DNA of 64,000 nt from positions 5,750,066 through 5,814,065 of the forward strand of contig MU058221.1 of assembly GCA_013265495.1 (NCBI GenBank), read 5' to 3'. The DNA comes from Vicugna vicugna. Taxonomy: Eukaryota. Below, one piece after another: positions 1-13,722 of the stretch. The stretch's first letter is position 1, and each line of letters opens with the position of its first letter. The notes below the pieces were generated by a model. That model saw only the letters and a list, made by a program, of their open reading frames with translations. It was not told the origin of the DNA and made no database searches. The translations under genes and the position numbers were made by a program.

Positions 1-2106
1 AGGCAGCCTTCTGGGGTTTTGTTTGTTTTGTTTTTAAAATATATATAAATGAGCGGTGTTCTGGGTGTAGATGAGCTTTTAGATATGATACGTCTTCTCA
101 GAAATCTAGGCAGTTTCAGGCTCAACTGGTTCTAATTATAAAAAGAAGTGTTGACTTTAATTTCCTCCTATTCTCCTCCTGCCCTTTTGTTTTATTAAGA
201 TTAAAGATGGCTGATCAACTACATTAAATGTACAGATATTTTAGACTCTTAATTATATCTGTGCTGGTAACTTTCGGATTCCGGCTTATTTAACGAACTA
301 GAGTTTTTTAGATGGTGGTTTGTCCCATTCATTCCTAAGTAAATTGCAAAAGCACTGGGACGAAGTATGTGGACAGCATTTAGAGCTGTGTAACTCTTAG
401 CCTACCTGTATATTAATATATACTCTGAATAAGTACTCAGTAAAGGTCAGCTCTAGTCTGCTTCCCTGGAGACTTCTTTGTTACACACGTAAATGTGTTA
501 AGATGCACATGCATTTGTGAGTGCTTGCATTTGTTTTGAAGAGCACACAAAAGCGTTTTTGGGTATACGGTGAATTTGTACATACACATTGGTTACTCGT
601 GCGGAAAGTGTTGGCAATAAATAAATGTAGGTACGTTTCCTTTTGTTTTGCTTTGTACAGACCTGTGTATTCCTATTATAAACTCAGTTTCGTGTCATTA
701 TGGCTCTTTGTGAGGAGTGTAACTGGACTGGATGAGAGATTAGTTTTGGTTTAAGTTGCAAAGGCATTTTAGGGAGGGGGTGATTAGTTTTTTCTTTCGA
801 ATATTATTGGAACTTTTTAAAAAACTACTATTTTGTGACTGAATAGAAATCACTGGTTTTATGACTTAGCTGTTTTCCCGTTTTTTACTTCTTTGAAGGG
901 AAAATGCCTTTGCTTAGTATTACATAGCAGAAGCCAGTCTAGTAGAAACTAGAACCAACTCACTTCTTTGGTAAAGAGAATATCTCAATTTTAAAAGCAG
1001 AGCCTTTTTTTTCCTGATGTTTAGAGTGAAGACTGAGGCTGGCATTAGTCTCATCAAGTTTGTTTCTCATTAGATTCTGTAGTTGAGATTGGAGGGGGCA
1101 GAATTTCAATGGTAAACTCAGTGCCAGATTCTGTTTGCTGTTTCCTCCCCATTAGACTTGGCTTCCAAATTTGTTTGAGAATTACAACTCTCTAATTTTG
1201 GCTGTCAATCAAAAATGTGCATCCCTTCTTTGGACCCCTAGAAATACATTTGCATCTGTTAATGCGACTCCCAATGTCCTTCCAGTTCATTCTGCTCTCT
1301 TCTGGACAAATCCTTTTTCTCAGGCACAACTTTATGTGTGTCTCATAGACTCAAAGAGTTTCGGCAGCTGCCCAGTGATGCCAAAAACTGGGTGTTTTAT
1401 GTCTACTTCGGTGTCTCCAGCTAGATTGACATACAGATTGACAGATAAACCCAAAACTAATACATAGCTTAGAAAAATATTTCAAATGTCAAAGATGTTG
1501 ATCGAGAGTACTGGGAAAATACTCTGCTTTTTGCTCCACCTTCTTAAAGACCGAGGCCCATATTAACACTGCTTCTCATTCCAGGAGCTTGCACAGTAGT
1601 TTGTAGCTAGGATTCCAAGGAGTGCTGAATGCCTCAGGGATCCATGTGCTCATGGCTTCCTAGTGTCTGGGGCTGGTCTTCTCTTGCTGAGCATTATTCT
1701 TGAAGCAGTAGTTTTATTCAAATCTGGACAGATTATTTATTGCCTTCTGTCTGTTACCAGTTTACTTCTGTGGTGACTTGTGATTGTCTGTGTAATTAAA
1801 TCCCAAGTTAGACAGGTTCAGTAGCTTTCCCTTGGGGGCAGTATGAACAGATCTTGGTTAATGTGCAGAGCACACCTCCTCCTACCACCACCCTCCCCCG
1901 CACCATGTCTTTTGGGGGAAAACTTGGAAATTAAAAAAAATCTTTCTACGGATGTTGCCTACAAGTAGCAATTGGCTGTAATTAGCCATGGAGATTATAG
2001 AAAACTGGGAAGGAAGTATTGATCTAAATAACATTTAAATAATAACAACAAGATGTAAATCAATGTTTTGTGTCTGTAACATACTTTTTCCTCCCACTTC
2101 TTCTAG

Positions 2107-2321
2107 GTTACAGTTCAACAAACATGGTGTGTTGCGGGTAGAGGGCTTCCTGACACCAAACAAGTATGACAGTGAAGCAATTGGCTTGTGGTTGCCTTTA
2201 GCCAGAAATGTCGTGGGGACTGATTTGGACACAGCAAAGTATATCCTGGCCAACATTGGAGACCACTTCTGTCAAATGGTGATTTCTGAAAAGGAAGCTA
2301 TGTCAACTATTGAGCCACACA
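2107..2321 (+). CDS. KDM3A: KDM3A coding exon (~12): LQFNKHGVLRVEGFLTP...MSTIEPH
   Basis: Acceptor ttctag|G, donor CACA|gtaaga; translation matches KDM3A. Confidence 0.95.
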
Positions 2322-5225
2322 GTAAGAGCATCTCTTAGGGGGTAGGATTTTTGAGTCCAACTTGATTTTTGTTCTAAATGACACCTAAGTCCTAATTTTA
2401 TGGGTTTCATTTTCACCCAGAAGTTTGGATGGCTTTGGTAAAAAAGATTGCATTTTTCCTTTTATAACAGATTCTACCTGTTGATTTCATCAGAGTCAGT
2501 GGCCTATCTGTGGGGTTTATTTTGGGTCAGTGAGTAAAAGAGTGGGACTCCGTTTTTGTTAAAGTAAAAGATGAGGTGGTGGTGGAATTTGCATAACCTT
2601 ACCATCAGTGTGGGCTCAGCAAGGGCGGGTGAAGCCTCAGGTGGTTTATTTTAAGAAAAAGTTTCTTAATCAGAGTTCAAAGAAAATAAGAATAGACAGG
2701 CTGTAACCTAGACCTACTGGATCAGAGTCTGGGAAGGCTGAGTCCCAGGCAGGAGAATGGGAGCAAGCTCAGGTGAAAATGGTTCTGTTCGAGTCAAGGT
2801 TTCAAGGGAATACTTGAAGGTTCCAGCTGGGCGTGTGCAGTGGCCTCTGCTCTCCGAGAGCACTCACACCAATCTGGCCGCCAGGTAAACCACAGAGACC
2901 AGTATGGGTAACACATTAGAGCCAGAACTCCCTCATGACAGCCGAGATGTGCTGTCTGGGAGGACAGCACGCCTCCGTCTGTGTGTCTCTGTTCAAGTGA
3001 GATTCCAGCCAGAAGCACCCAGGATCATCTGTCTTTTTAAGTCTCACACTTTCTTCTATCATTTTATCTTTCCCAAATGGTTGAAAGTTACAAGTAAAGC
3101 TTTTCCATTCTTCTGGTAGATATCTTTTCAGGTTTTGTATAACCAAATATGTTTCAATACAAACATCCACACATCCTGGTCTTGAAAATTTTGGTTGTAC
3201 TTTCCAGAAACTACTGAAGCTAGCTTAAGCACAAAAATAATATATTGGTTAAATATATATACTGTTATATCTCAGAGTCCAAGGAATGGGAACTGGGGCA
3301 TTCCCAGGCGCAGGAATTCAAAGCTGGAGAATGTGAGCTCGGGGCAGCCACGGTCCTACTGACGCAACCAGCAGCTGTAGGCTCATTCTGCTCTATTGGG
3401 GTGAGAGAGACTCTGATAAGTCAAGAGTTGTATTAAAGTTCGTTTTCCCTGTAACCTTCTATTTAGGACAAGTGATGCTGGTTTTCCATTTTCAGTAGGG
3501 ATACAAAAGTTTTCTTATTACATTTAAGTAAAAGTAATAGACTTAAAGAAAAATCCTTGAGTAAGTGGTCTAGAGGTGGATGATTGGAGTATGGAAACAG
3601 GACTTTGGAATATATTAGTAGCTTCACTCCTGAATCAACAGGGCTGTTTTAAACTATTGATACTTTTTCTTTGCTCAAGGTGAGTCGTCTGAACATTGTG
3701 AATTGTTGAAAAAACACAGATAGTTGTCTTTTAAGAGCATAATTAAGAAACTGTGTCCTTGAAGATGTAACTAACCTTTCCTCCTTGACTATTTGGTTAT
3801 CCTGTTCCTCTTTATTTCCTCTGTGACAAGCTGGTCAGGTGGAGAGAGGAACTCTCTGAGTGATACTGAAAGATGCCACCACAAGGGTTTCCTAGAGGGG
3901 GCAGGTCCCCTCCAGTCCTGAGATTAGGAAACAGGTCTCAACCTTTATACATTTATTCTGTCTTTTCAGTGACAAATAATCATTACATAGGTGGTTCAGA
4001 GATCTAACACTGCTCCCTAATGAAACAGTTTAATCCAGTGAGCAAGGTGAAGTTCATAAAATCTCATCTGTAAAATGCCTGGAGCTCTATGCGTGTGCAC
4101 TGAGCTTTTACATGATAATGAAATGATGGTCAGCAGTTGGATTAATTTGAAGTAAACTGAAGTTAGTGATCTGTTTCATGGTTGGTCTGAAGGAAGAAGA
4201 ATTAACCACTGACTGGATTAGGAAAAGATGTTCTCCGTAGAACAAGAACAAGACAGTATTGATCCTGTCTTGTTGAAGAGAGACAGACAGACAAGAAACA
4301 GCCTTCTGGCCAGCAGACACTGGGCTTTTTTGTGATCCAGAAACATGTCTTCCCTTTGCTCTTACTCCTGGAAGCTTCCTGATGCCCTCTTTGGCACTCG
4401 TCCATGCTGTGGGGAGGGTACCATGTCCTTGCCCCTCCCTCCAGTTATCAAGGCATGACCAATGGAACAGAAAAATGCTCCTTTGTAGAATTCTAGATTG
4501 TGCCTCAGTCTGCTGGATATTTGGTTAGTGTGAGTCAGTCCTTTGTCGCTGCATCACTCCTGGCTCTAATAAAATCGAATTTCTGACACTGGCCTGTGAA
4601 GGAACTGCCTTTAGACTGTTGTGCCCTGTCTAAGTTAATGCGCTGCTCCTTCCAGGTTTTCTTTGTGCCCTGGGGTTTTGGATGGGTGGTCTGAGTGGAT
4701 TCAGGGCATCTATGAATAACCTGACCAATGTACTGAAGGTTGGGTGTGTGTATCTGTTAGGTTTTTTCCCCTCTTTGGAGAGAATCTCAAAGGGTCTCAT
4801 GACTGAGAAGGTGAAGAACCGCCACTCCCTGATCTGAATTCCAGCTTGTGTAGCCACCACTGTTTTTTTTTTCATTGATTTACTCAGCAGTACTTTCTAT
4901 CACACGCGGTGTGCTGAGCTCCCTGGAGGATAGGATGAGGGGGTGGTGGGGGTGGGGCACAGCCCGAGCAGGGATTCTGCTTGAGCGGAGTTTAGTCTCC
5001 TGGAGGGAAGTAAAACTGCACCTGACTTTATACAGTGTAAACAGGCCTGAGTCTGAACTACAAAATCATGGGAGTGCTGAAGGAATCCAGGAGAGCTTTG
5101 TGGCGGGGAGGGCATTTGAGATGGGCTCTGGAGGCTGAGCAGTTAGTGGGAACTCCAGTGAAAGGGGGAGATGACATCAGCTCCTCTCTCCTCCCCAGGA
5201 CTAAGTGATGTATTGATTTTTGTAG

Positions 5226-5378
5226 GACAGGTTGCTTGGAAGCGAGCTGTCAAAGGTGTTCGAGAAATGTGTGATGTGTGTGACACCACCATCTTCAACC
5301 TGCACTGGGTGTGTCCTCGGTGTGGGTTTGGAGTGTGCGTGGATTGCTACCGGATGAAGAGGAAGAATTGCCAACAGG
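5226..5378 (+). CDS. KDM3A: KDM3A exon (~13), C6 zinc finger [26 protein letters not shown]
   Basis: tgtag|GACAG ... CAGG|gtgaga; phase compatible with neighbouring exons. Confidence 0.96.
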
Positions 5379-5516
5379 GTGAGAACTGACTTGATTCTTC
5401 TCCAAGCCCCTTACACTCTTAAATTAAGCCTTTCTTTGATTTATGGTTGATGGCTTTCCGAAGGTTTGGGGGCCAGAGTCCATGAAGAGCAGTCACTACA
5501 AACCAGTTATTTGCAG

Positions 5517-5612
5517 GTGCTGCCTACAAGACTTTCTCTTGGCTGAGATGTGTGAAGAGTCAGATACATGAACCAGAGAACCTCATGCCTACACAGATCA
5601 TTCCTGGCAAAG
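5517..5612 (+). CDS. KDM3A: KDM3A exon (~14): [31 protein letters not shown]
   Basis: ttgcag|GTGC ... AAAG|gtattt. Confidence 0.95.
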
Positions 5613-5984
5613 GTATTTCATGTGGTGCAACGATTCTCTTTCCCCTGTGTTTTGGTTAACTCACAGGGCTGGTAGCTTGTTCTTACTTTGTGTAGTGTAA
5701 TTACTTGCTTACTTTTAGTATGTACCATAAGTTGTCCAAAAATGTATTAAATAATGCTCCAAAGCTTTTGATTAAGGTCTTACAGTTTTGTAGAAGGAAA
5801 GAAAATGGTGCACTTTGGGGGAAGGCATACTTAGGATGCAAAGGAGGAGTGTGAGCGCCCAAAAGAAAACGCTGCTTTAAAAAAACAAGTTATCCTGTTG
5901 GAAATGTCAGCTTCTGCTTTGTAATGTTGAGGTTGAAAGTACCTAACATCCTTGTTCAGATGTTTGCCTGTGCCCTTTTTTTAG

Positions 5985-6112
5985 CCCTCTATGATGTTGG
6001 AGACATTGTTCATTCTGTAAGAGCAAAATGGGGAATAAAGGCAAACTGTCCCTGTTCACACAGGCAATTCAAACTCTTTTCAAAGCCAGCCTCAAAGGAA
6101 GACATAAAACAG
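5985..6112 (+). CDS. KDM3A: KDM3A exon (~15): LYDVGDIVHSVRAKWGIKANCPC...DIKQ
   Basis: ttttag|CCCTC ... CAG|gtacta. Confidence 0.95.
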
Positions 6113-7628
6113 GTACTACTGTTTACGCTAGATTCACCAACCTCGTGATTGTTGTCTGTCTGTTTTCAAATAACCCAAAGGTTTCTGTAGTGTATTTGAG
6201 AGGAGTATGGGGAGAGCTGTCAGTGGAAAGAGCTAATTCGTATGTTTCATGTGATGCCTCATGCACTCACTCTCAGTTTTCACGGACCTCTTCTGCAGCC
6301 TCTTTCGGTAGGCTTTTAATTTTTGTTCCTTGGAAAAGCAAAAACCTCTTCTATCATAGTCTGCCTGATAAGCTGCTATCAAATCTGTATGGGTTTTTTT
6401 AAAACTTCTCATGTTTTACAGAGTTAAAACTATTCAGATAAGCTTTAACGTTTTTTAAATTACTAAATATATTTTACCTATACTGTATATAAAGAATTGA
6501 AGGAAATAGTACTGAAATGCATCTTTATGTAGCTATCACTCAGCATAAAAAATGTCCATTTCCTTGTTGCTCATGTGCCTCTTCCTGCTGGCATCTCCTT
6601 CACCTCCAGCATCATACCTTCCTCCCCCACTATCTCCCTTCCTCTCCCTCACCCCAGCAATCATTATCCCACACTGTACCCCACATTTTTAGTAACCAGA
6701 GATGATTTTACGTTTTTATAAAGCTGTGGTGTCAGAGGCAGCATAGGTGGAAGAGTTGTGATCTTTGGAGTCTGAGCTGAAGTTGAATTCTTTTTGTGCC
6801 ACTTTCTAGTTGCATAACTTTGGCTCAAGTGAACTGATACATGTGCTTCAACTTCCTTATCAGTCATAGGGGAACAGCACACAGTGCCAGTAATCAGGCA
6901 CCACAGAGTCACATTGCATGTAGAACACGGCTGGGGCCTCAACTGGAATTTGACTGTTCTTTTTCCCTCCTATATATGTGTAAACTCACTAGCTAAGTTG
7001 TCAAGGCAATTTTTTAAGTAACAGAGAAATAAGTGGAGTGTTCTGTCAATTTTTTTTTTCCAGTTTATGTTTGAGTTCTTTATAGAGCTGTTCATCACAT
7101 TTTAAAGCCTACTACACTGTGCTAAAATCAAAGGAGCATTTTCTCTTTTGTTTTGCATCCCATTTCCTTCTGAATTCACAGCTGTATTTCCTACCCTGCC
7201 TCATTTATTCATTCACTCACTCAGCCGCTGGGTGTTGAGTGCCCGTGTAGGGTACTAGGGTGAATTCACAGGCACAGCGGGCACAAAGTGGGCATTTTAA
7301 AGCAGTGTGGTGGGTGGAGTGATAGGGATACGAGCAAGCATGAGATGATGGTGCAAGGGTGCGGGTGGACATCGTGCTGTATTTAAATTCTTAACATGTC
7401 TTACACTGTCATTAGTAACACTCAGAAACTAAAAACTTAAAAGCTCTCCTACCTCATGGCTCTGCTCTGTTGTCGCGAGATTCCTGCATCTGTGGTGATG
7501 TCCAGGGCCGTTGAGTGGTTTTGTTTTGAGTATTTATCTCTTACTGGTGAGCAGTTAGGAGAGAAGGTAAGAAAAGGAAAATGCATTTTTTCAGCTTGTG
7601 TAAAATTACTCTTTTGTACTTAACATAG

Positions 7629-7824
7629 ACTTCATTAGCTGGAGAAAAATCGACTCTTGGTTCCGTGCTCCAGCAAAACCCATCGGTGTTGGAGCCACCG
7701 GCTGCGGGTGGGGAAGCTGCCTCCAAGCCGGCCGGCAGCGTGAGGCCTGCCTGTCCAGCCAGCTCGTCTCCTCTGAACTGGCTGGCAGACCTGACCAGCG
7801 GGAACGTCAACAAGGAAAACAAGG
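7629..7824 (+). CDS. KDM3A: KDM3A exon (~16): TSLAGEKST...NWLADLTSGNVNKENK
   Basis: acatag|ACTTC ... AAGG|gtgagt. Confidence 0.93.
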
Positions 7825-8289
7825 GTGAGTGTTTCCTACGGGCTCCTGAGAACTGTCGTCTGTTCCCAAAGGGACTTGGCAGCCTCAGTTCTTGTGAGAG
7901 CAGAGTGGTTAGAAGTCGCGTGGAATGGAAAGTGGTTCCCTGTAGTCACCTGAGACCTGACACAAACGCAAGTGTTTGCAGCCGGCAGCGCCGGAGAGAA
8001 CTTTTGCTGATGCTAGAGCTCTGGGTGAGGTCGGGATTGTGTTTGGCAAGAAAGGAGTGGGCTGAGACTTGTCTGTTCCAATGGTGACTTTTGCCTTTCT
8101 CTCCTTACCCTGTATATATTTTCTGTTTTGTCTAAACTGGAATGTCTGGCTTCAGCTTAATTTTTCTCATCGGTGCTGTTGCCTCGGTCAAGATGCTTGA
8201 TGATAGTGTAAAGAACATGGGTTTGGAATTAGGTAGTTGGATTAGAATTTAGATGATTCTGCTTTCTGGCTATGTTACAAGAAACAAAA

Positions 8290-8900
8290 ATTGCAGATCA
8301 GTTTCTTTCATGCAAAGATTCTAAACAACACTTAAACGTGAATAAAATTTAACATTATAAATGAAGGAATTATACAGGGTGACCAAGTAGGGCTTCAGAA
8401 ACGCAGGTGTAGTTTTAACATTAAAAAAGTGGGAGAGTCTCATGACACAAAAAGTAAAATTCAATACCTATTGATAATTATTTTCTAAAAATTTTAAATT
8501 AGAAACAAAAGGGAATATCCTTAATCTAATGAATTTCTGCAATAAAATTAGCAGCAAACGTCCTAAATAATGACTGAATTTTTTAATGAGTTGAATAATT
8601 TTTAACAGTTTCCCTCTGTGTTTGGGCGCAACAAGGATTCCTGTTCTCACTATTTTATTAAACACTGTGCTGGAGTCCTGGCTATTGCAGTCAGGCAAAC
8701 AAACAAAAAGGTGTTAGGATTGGAAAGAAAGAGATAAAACTGCTGATGTTCGTAAACAATCTGACTGTACCTGTGAAAGATCGGAGAGAATCTATATTTA
8801 TACACATATCTATCAAGGTTGATAATTACAATGTTAATTTATCAAAATCAGCTGTATCATGTATACCAGGGACAAACAAATAAAAAATACCATTTACCAT
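8290..8900 (+). mobile_element. Old L1 ORF2 fragment in a KDM3A intron
   Basis: RT-region similarity (tgcaaagattctaaacaa; ctggagtcctggctattgcagtcaggcaa). Confidence 0.7.
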
Positions 8901-9110
8901 AGTATCACCTTGGATATTGGATATTAATTTTTTTAATAGCAGTTGGAAATCTTTGTCTAAATCAGTAATATATTAGTATTAATTCTCTTAAGGTTTTTGG
9001 TTCCAGTAAATTAAAACCAAGTTCCAAAGAAATTCTGTTAATAGGAGACTAGTAAGGGATTTGCCTTTCCGAATGCTTTTCCATCTGGGTGTTTTTTATT
9101 TTGTCTTTAG

Positions 9111-9283
9111 AAAAACAACCAACAATGCCAATTTTAAAGAATGAAATCAAATGCCTTCCCCCGCTCCCCCCCTTGAGCAAATCCAGCACAGTCCTCCACA
9201 CCTTTAACAGCACAATTTTAACGCCTGTAAGCAACAACAATTCTGGTTTCCTCCGAAATCTTCTGAATTCCTCTACAGGAAAG
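9111..9283 (+). CDS. KDM3A: KDM3A exon (~17) with LxxLL motif (LRNLL)
   Basis: ctttag|AAAAAC ... AAG|gtatgc. Confidence 0.95.
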
Positions 9284-9672
9284 GTATGCATTTTCTTTGT
9301 TGTATGTGTTACTCCACCTTGTGAAGGTGAACAGAGTCAGAACAGGAAGAGGCTAGAGAAACTGAAACGCAGTAGAAAGAAGGATCTGAATCCCGTGCTC
9401 TCCTTCATGGGCACAGACACTGTATCGCTGGCGAGTGGGCTTCACGGGGCTGTGATTCTGGGCTGGGTCGCTTCCTCCTGTTTACACCTCTCCTGCACCC
9501 ACTTCTGAGAGATGTGGTGTCCGGTGGGGAAGAGGGCTTACCTCTTTGAGGGCCCTGGCTTGGACTCTTTCCTGGATTGTAACGTATATTCAGCCTACCG
9601 TTATGAGAATGGGTTTTTGTTTTGATGGTAGGGAGTGACATATTTAAGACTTGTATTCTTTTTCAAATTCAG

Positions 9673-9909
9673 ACAGAAAATGGACTCAAGAATACACCAA
9701 AAATCCTTGATGACATCTTTGCCTCTCTGGTGCAAAATAAGACTTGCTCTGACTTATCTAAGAGGCCTCAAGGGCTGACCATCAAGCCCAGCATTCTGGG
9801 CTTTGACACTCCTCACTACTGGCTGTGTGACAATCGGCTGCTGTGCCTGCAGGATCCCAACAACAAGAGCAACTGGAATGTGTTCAGGGAGTGCTGGAAA
9901 CAGGGGCAG
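9673..9909 (+). CDS. KDM3A: KDM3A exon (~18): [21 protein letters not shown]...FRECWKQGQ
   Basis: attcag|ACAGAA ... CAG|gtagga. Confidence 0.95.
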
Positions 9910-11066
9910 GTAGGAGGGGCCTCGCTCCCCAGCCCAGCCCGCGCCAGGCCCCCTCCTCGGAGCCTCAGGCCGACTTCTGACAGCCCATCCCGCATACCAC
10001 CCCCCGCCCCAATGAGCAGTGTATACTTTATACTTTATCTCATTTTTTTGTACTTTATTGTTTAGGGTGAATATAGTTAGAGCAGAGTGTGGCTGTGAGT
10101 CTTGTTTTTTACAGCAGACGTTCCTGAGCTATGTTTTCCAATAAGGTTTTGATTGCTTCCGAGCAGTCATCCTTGGATTCTTGATGAGCACGTTGTGGGC
10201 TCAGTGAGTCTTGCGTGGTAAACCTCAGTAGGAGAAGTGGGGGTATAACTAGGCCGATGGGGTTTGGGGATTAGACAAAATAGGAGAAAAATCCGGTGTC
10301 CCTCTTCCATGAGTTAGAATGTTGTGCCGAAGGTAATTCTGGGTGGCCCTGCGCCATGAAGTACCATAGGACCAAGCAGAGTCCTCACTAAAGGAACACT
10401 TTGCTCTTGGCCAAGGCCAGGACGTGGGGAATTGCCAAATACAAAAATGTATGTATTTAACCAAAGAAAACATGTTTTTCAGTCCTGTGTTCTAACAAGA
10501 TTTGCTCATGATGACAACAGACTGAATGCAGTCCATTAGCATTTTTATTTGGATTACATAATGTTTTCTAAGGATTGAACTAGTTGCCAATATTTTAGTT
10601 AGGCTGTTTTGCCTACAGGTCAGGATTTCTGGCTTGTCTTGGATGACCGAAAGACTTGGCAACCACAGGGCCGTATTCCTGCCTGGTAACAACAGACTAG
10701 GGTCCAGTGGCAATGTCCTCTTTGGACAGAGCACTTCCCCTGACTTTGTCTCCTTCACATCCCTTGCTTGGCCCCTGAGCCTTGGCGTTGGAATTCCGTG
10801 AGTGATGGGAACTGAGGCAGAAGGTGTGATCCTTGATCTTAGAAGCTCACTAATGTCGTTTGAGAGCAGGGGGTGTGTAGCCGATGAGTGGTGAAGACAA
10901 GAAATGTTGTGGGAGCTCCGAGGCCTGAGCTGTCTGTCACTTTGGGATCTGAGACTGAGGACCAGGCACAGAGGAACAAAGCAGCAGCTGTCTGAGGAGG
11001 GGCTGCTGCGGGTGTGGGGACCAGGCTGGGGGAGTTCAATCTAAAGTCTTCATTCTCTTCTCTTAG

Positions 11067-11238
11067 CCAGTGATGGTGTCAGGAGTGCATCATAAATTGA
11101 ACACGGAACTCTGGAAACCCGAATCCTTCAGGAAAGAGTTTGGAAATCAGGAAGTTGACCTAGTAAATTGCAGAACCAATGAAATCATCACAGGAGCCAC
11201 AGTAGGCGACTTCTGGGATGGATTTGAAGATGTTCCAA
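11067..11238 (+). CDS. KDM3A: KDM3A exon (~19): [12 protein letters not shown]...FWDGFEDVP
   Basis: tcttag|CCAGTG ... CCAA|gtatgt. Confidence 0.95.
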
Positions 11239-11486
11239 GTATGTGTTAAAGGCCTTCTAAGGGAGTTGAGGATGTGAAAGGAGGGGACACAGGAGTGGCA
11301 GGAGTCAGGCCCTTCAGGGACAACAACAGCGTTTCCTGTGACTCTGGAGTCTATAATAGTGTCTTATCTCCTCCTCCCTTTTCTTTTTACAAAGTTTGTG
11401 CGCTTGAACTGAGGCAAATTCACTTTGTAGTCCCTTGGAGAGGTGAGGTTTTGGCCACCTCTTCTTCAGGTGGCTCCATGTCTGTC

Positions 11487-12722
11487 CTGTGACAGAAATG
11501 CTGTGCTTCCACTTGTGCCCCTGGGAGGGGAGCCCAGAGCCAAGGCTTGTGACTCAGGCTGGTGGTTTTATGTAACCTTTTGATTTTTTTTAAATTGTAA
11601 TTACTGTTTAACAAGATACGTAGACCTGAAGGAGCTGGGGAGTGTATATCCCTTTAGCACAAGCTACCTTGCTCACCGCCTGCCTCACCTGGGCCGGGGG
11701 ATTGTGGTAGGAAGGAGGTGTGTGTGTCTGGTGCTGAGGTTTGGCCCTTTCTGTGGACTGGCCAGGCAGCAAGCTGTTTCCAAGAAGCCCCTCAGCACAG
11801 GCACCTGTCACCATGCTCCCATCATTCTTTACACTTTCGGTAACTCGAGTTTGCTCAGTTATCATTTTCATTCTTACAAGACATGCTTTCACCTCGTAAT
11901 CACCTGCTTCCTTATTTCCTGTCACCCATTTACAGGTTGTGGCCCAAACCATCAAACTTTATACAAAGTTATATAGCCAGCTCTCAAATAGGGAGTGATG
12001 GGGTTTCCACACATGGATATAAGATGGGGGTCAACATCTGTCAGACGGAGGAGGAGGAAGCAGGGAGGGGAGGAAAGGGCGTCAGCTCAATGCAGACTCA
12101 ATGAAGCCTCAGCCAGTCTGGGAGTGAGTTTGGGGCAAGCCTTGCCCCGCATTGTCTCAGATGGGGCTGCAGTGGGGAAAGCCAGGGCCTTTATTCCCTA
12201 CCTCCCAGGTCTGTAGGTGCTAGTTCCCCGGGAAGGGCAGGACCCCGAAGCTGTGTCTGGGCAGCGGGTCCTTGAAGGGGGCTGGAGGCGCAGCTGCCAC
12301 CGTGCCTTCCAGTTAGTTCTGGGTTGCAGTCCTGACTCTTGGTGTTTACTTGACATGGACGTGAGCTTGTAATTTAATTTTTCTGGGCTCACACTCTCTG
12401 CTGCCTGCAGATGGTGAGGGCAGCCCAGAGTCCCCCACAGCTCACCTTTCCACAGTGACGGTTCTGCTGCCCAGATCCTCAGTGCACTGCCCACACTGAA
12501 ATGCCGCTGGCGCCCTGTGTTTCCCTGTGCGTGGTCCCCTGGAGCACACACCTGTTTAAACTAGGTTTTGCGATAGTACTTGGTTGACCAGCAAACATTA
12601 TACAAATGTTAGTCCTCTAGAATATAGGGTTTGAAGTCAAACCTGGGTCCCCGTTTTAATTCTGTGACAGAAATGCTGTGCTTCCACTTGTGCCCCCGGG
12701 AGGGGAGCCCAAAGCCAATGCT
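11487..12722 (+). repeat. 61-bp dispersed direct repeat (11487-11547 and 12662-12722), 58/61 identical
   Basis: Direct base-by-base comparison of the two copies. Confidence 0.95.
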
Positions 12723-12885
12723 GCTTAATCACTGGTTGGCCTCACGCATCTGTCCATTTCCTTGCTCAAAATAGGAATATTAAATAGTGCTAGATCTCAC
12801 TGGGATGTTGGATTTAGTTGTAAGGACTAAATGGCTAGAACACTTTAGCAGAGACTGGAACACGGTTAAGACATGAAATAATAGT
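12615..12885 (+). mobile_element. MIR SINE, interrupted by the 61-bp duplicated segment
   Basis: gtcaaacctgggt...tttccttgctcaaaatagg...cactttagcagagactggaacacgg. Confidence 0.6.
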
Positions 12886-13634
12886 TGTCACTGCCGTTAA
12901 TCCTAATTACCAGTGTATCTTTTTCGGTTGGAGTTCTTTGGTTCTTGGTTCCTTGGCATTATCTGCAAAGGGTAATTGTCTTTTTTTGCAGGAAAATAGT
13001 TCTGACTAAACCCTGCATACATCAGGCAGAAGGTGGGGAAGTGGCAGTGGGGGGAATGGGGACTGGGAGGCCCTCTCCCCAGTCCCTGGACAAAACATCA
13101 GGTAGCTTCAGTCTCTCTGAGCAAAATAAGTCATTTATATTTCATGCTGGCCCCAGAAAACTGGATTTTCTAAACATCTATGGCCTTTGATTATTAAAGT
13201 GCATTGCTGTGTGTTAGTTAGGGAGCTGCTCACTTCTTCTAGGACACTGTATAAGAGGAGACTGGGTCTGTCAGAACACCACCTGTAGACAAAAGGGAGT
13301 AGTGGCCGAAATCTCAAAGAATAAGTGGCAGTTTAATAAGCATCTGGAAAAGACAGGGCTCCGATACAGACTCATTGGCCATCTTTATTTTGCTATCCCT
13401 TGCTGCTTCCTGGGTGTGAATGGATTTCTTGGCGCTGTAGAAATAAAATGCTTGGCACTTAGCAGGAGGTGAATATTAGACAAAAATAATACATGTGTAC
13501 TAAATATATCAGGTTATGAAGATTTTACAGAGATAAATAAATTTAATTTGCATCGTAGTGCTAATTTGCCATTGACTTTGGTCTGTTTCTTAGTTGTGAA
13601 AAGCAACAACCCAGTAATTCCGGTTACCTTTCAG

Positions 13635-13722
13635 ACCGCTTGAAAAATGAAAAAGAGCCTATGGTGTTGAAACTGAAGGACTGGCCACCAGGAGAAGACT
13701 TTAGAGACATGATGCCCTCCAG
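13635..13722 (+). CDS. KDM3A: KDM3A exon (~20): [28 protein letters not shown]
   Basis: tttcag|ACCGC ... CCAG|gtacgg. Confidence 0.95.
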
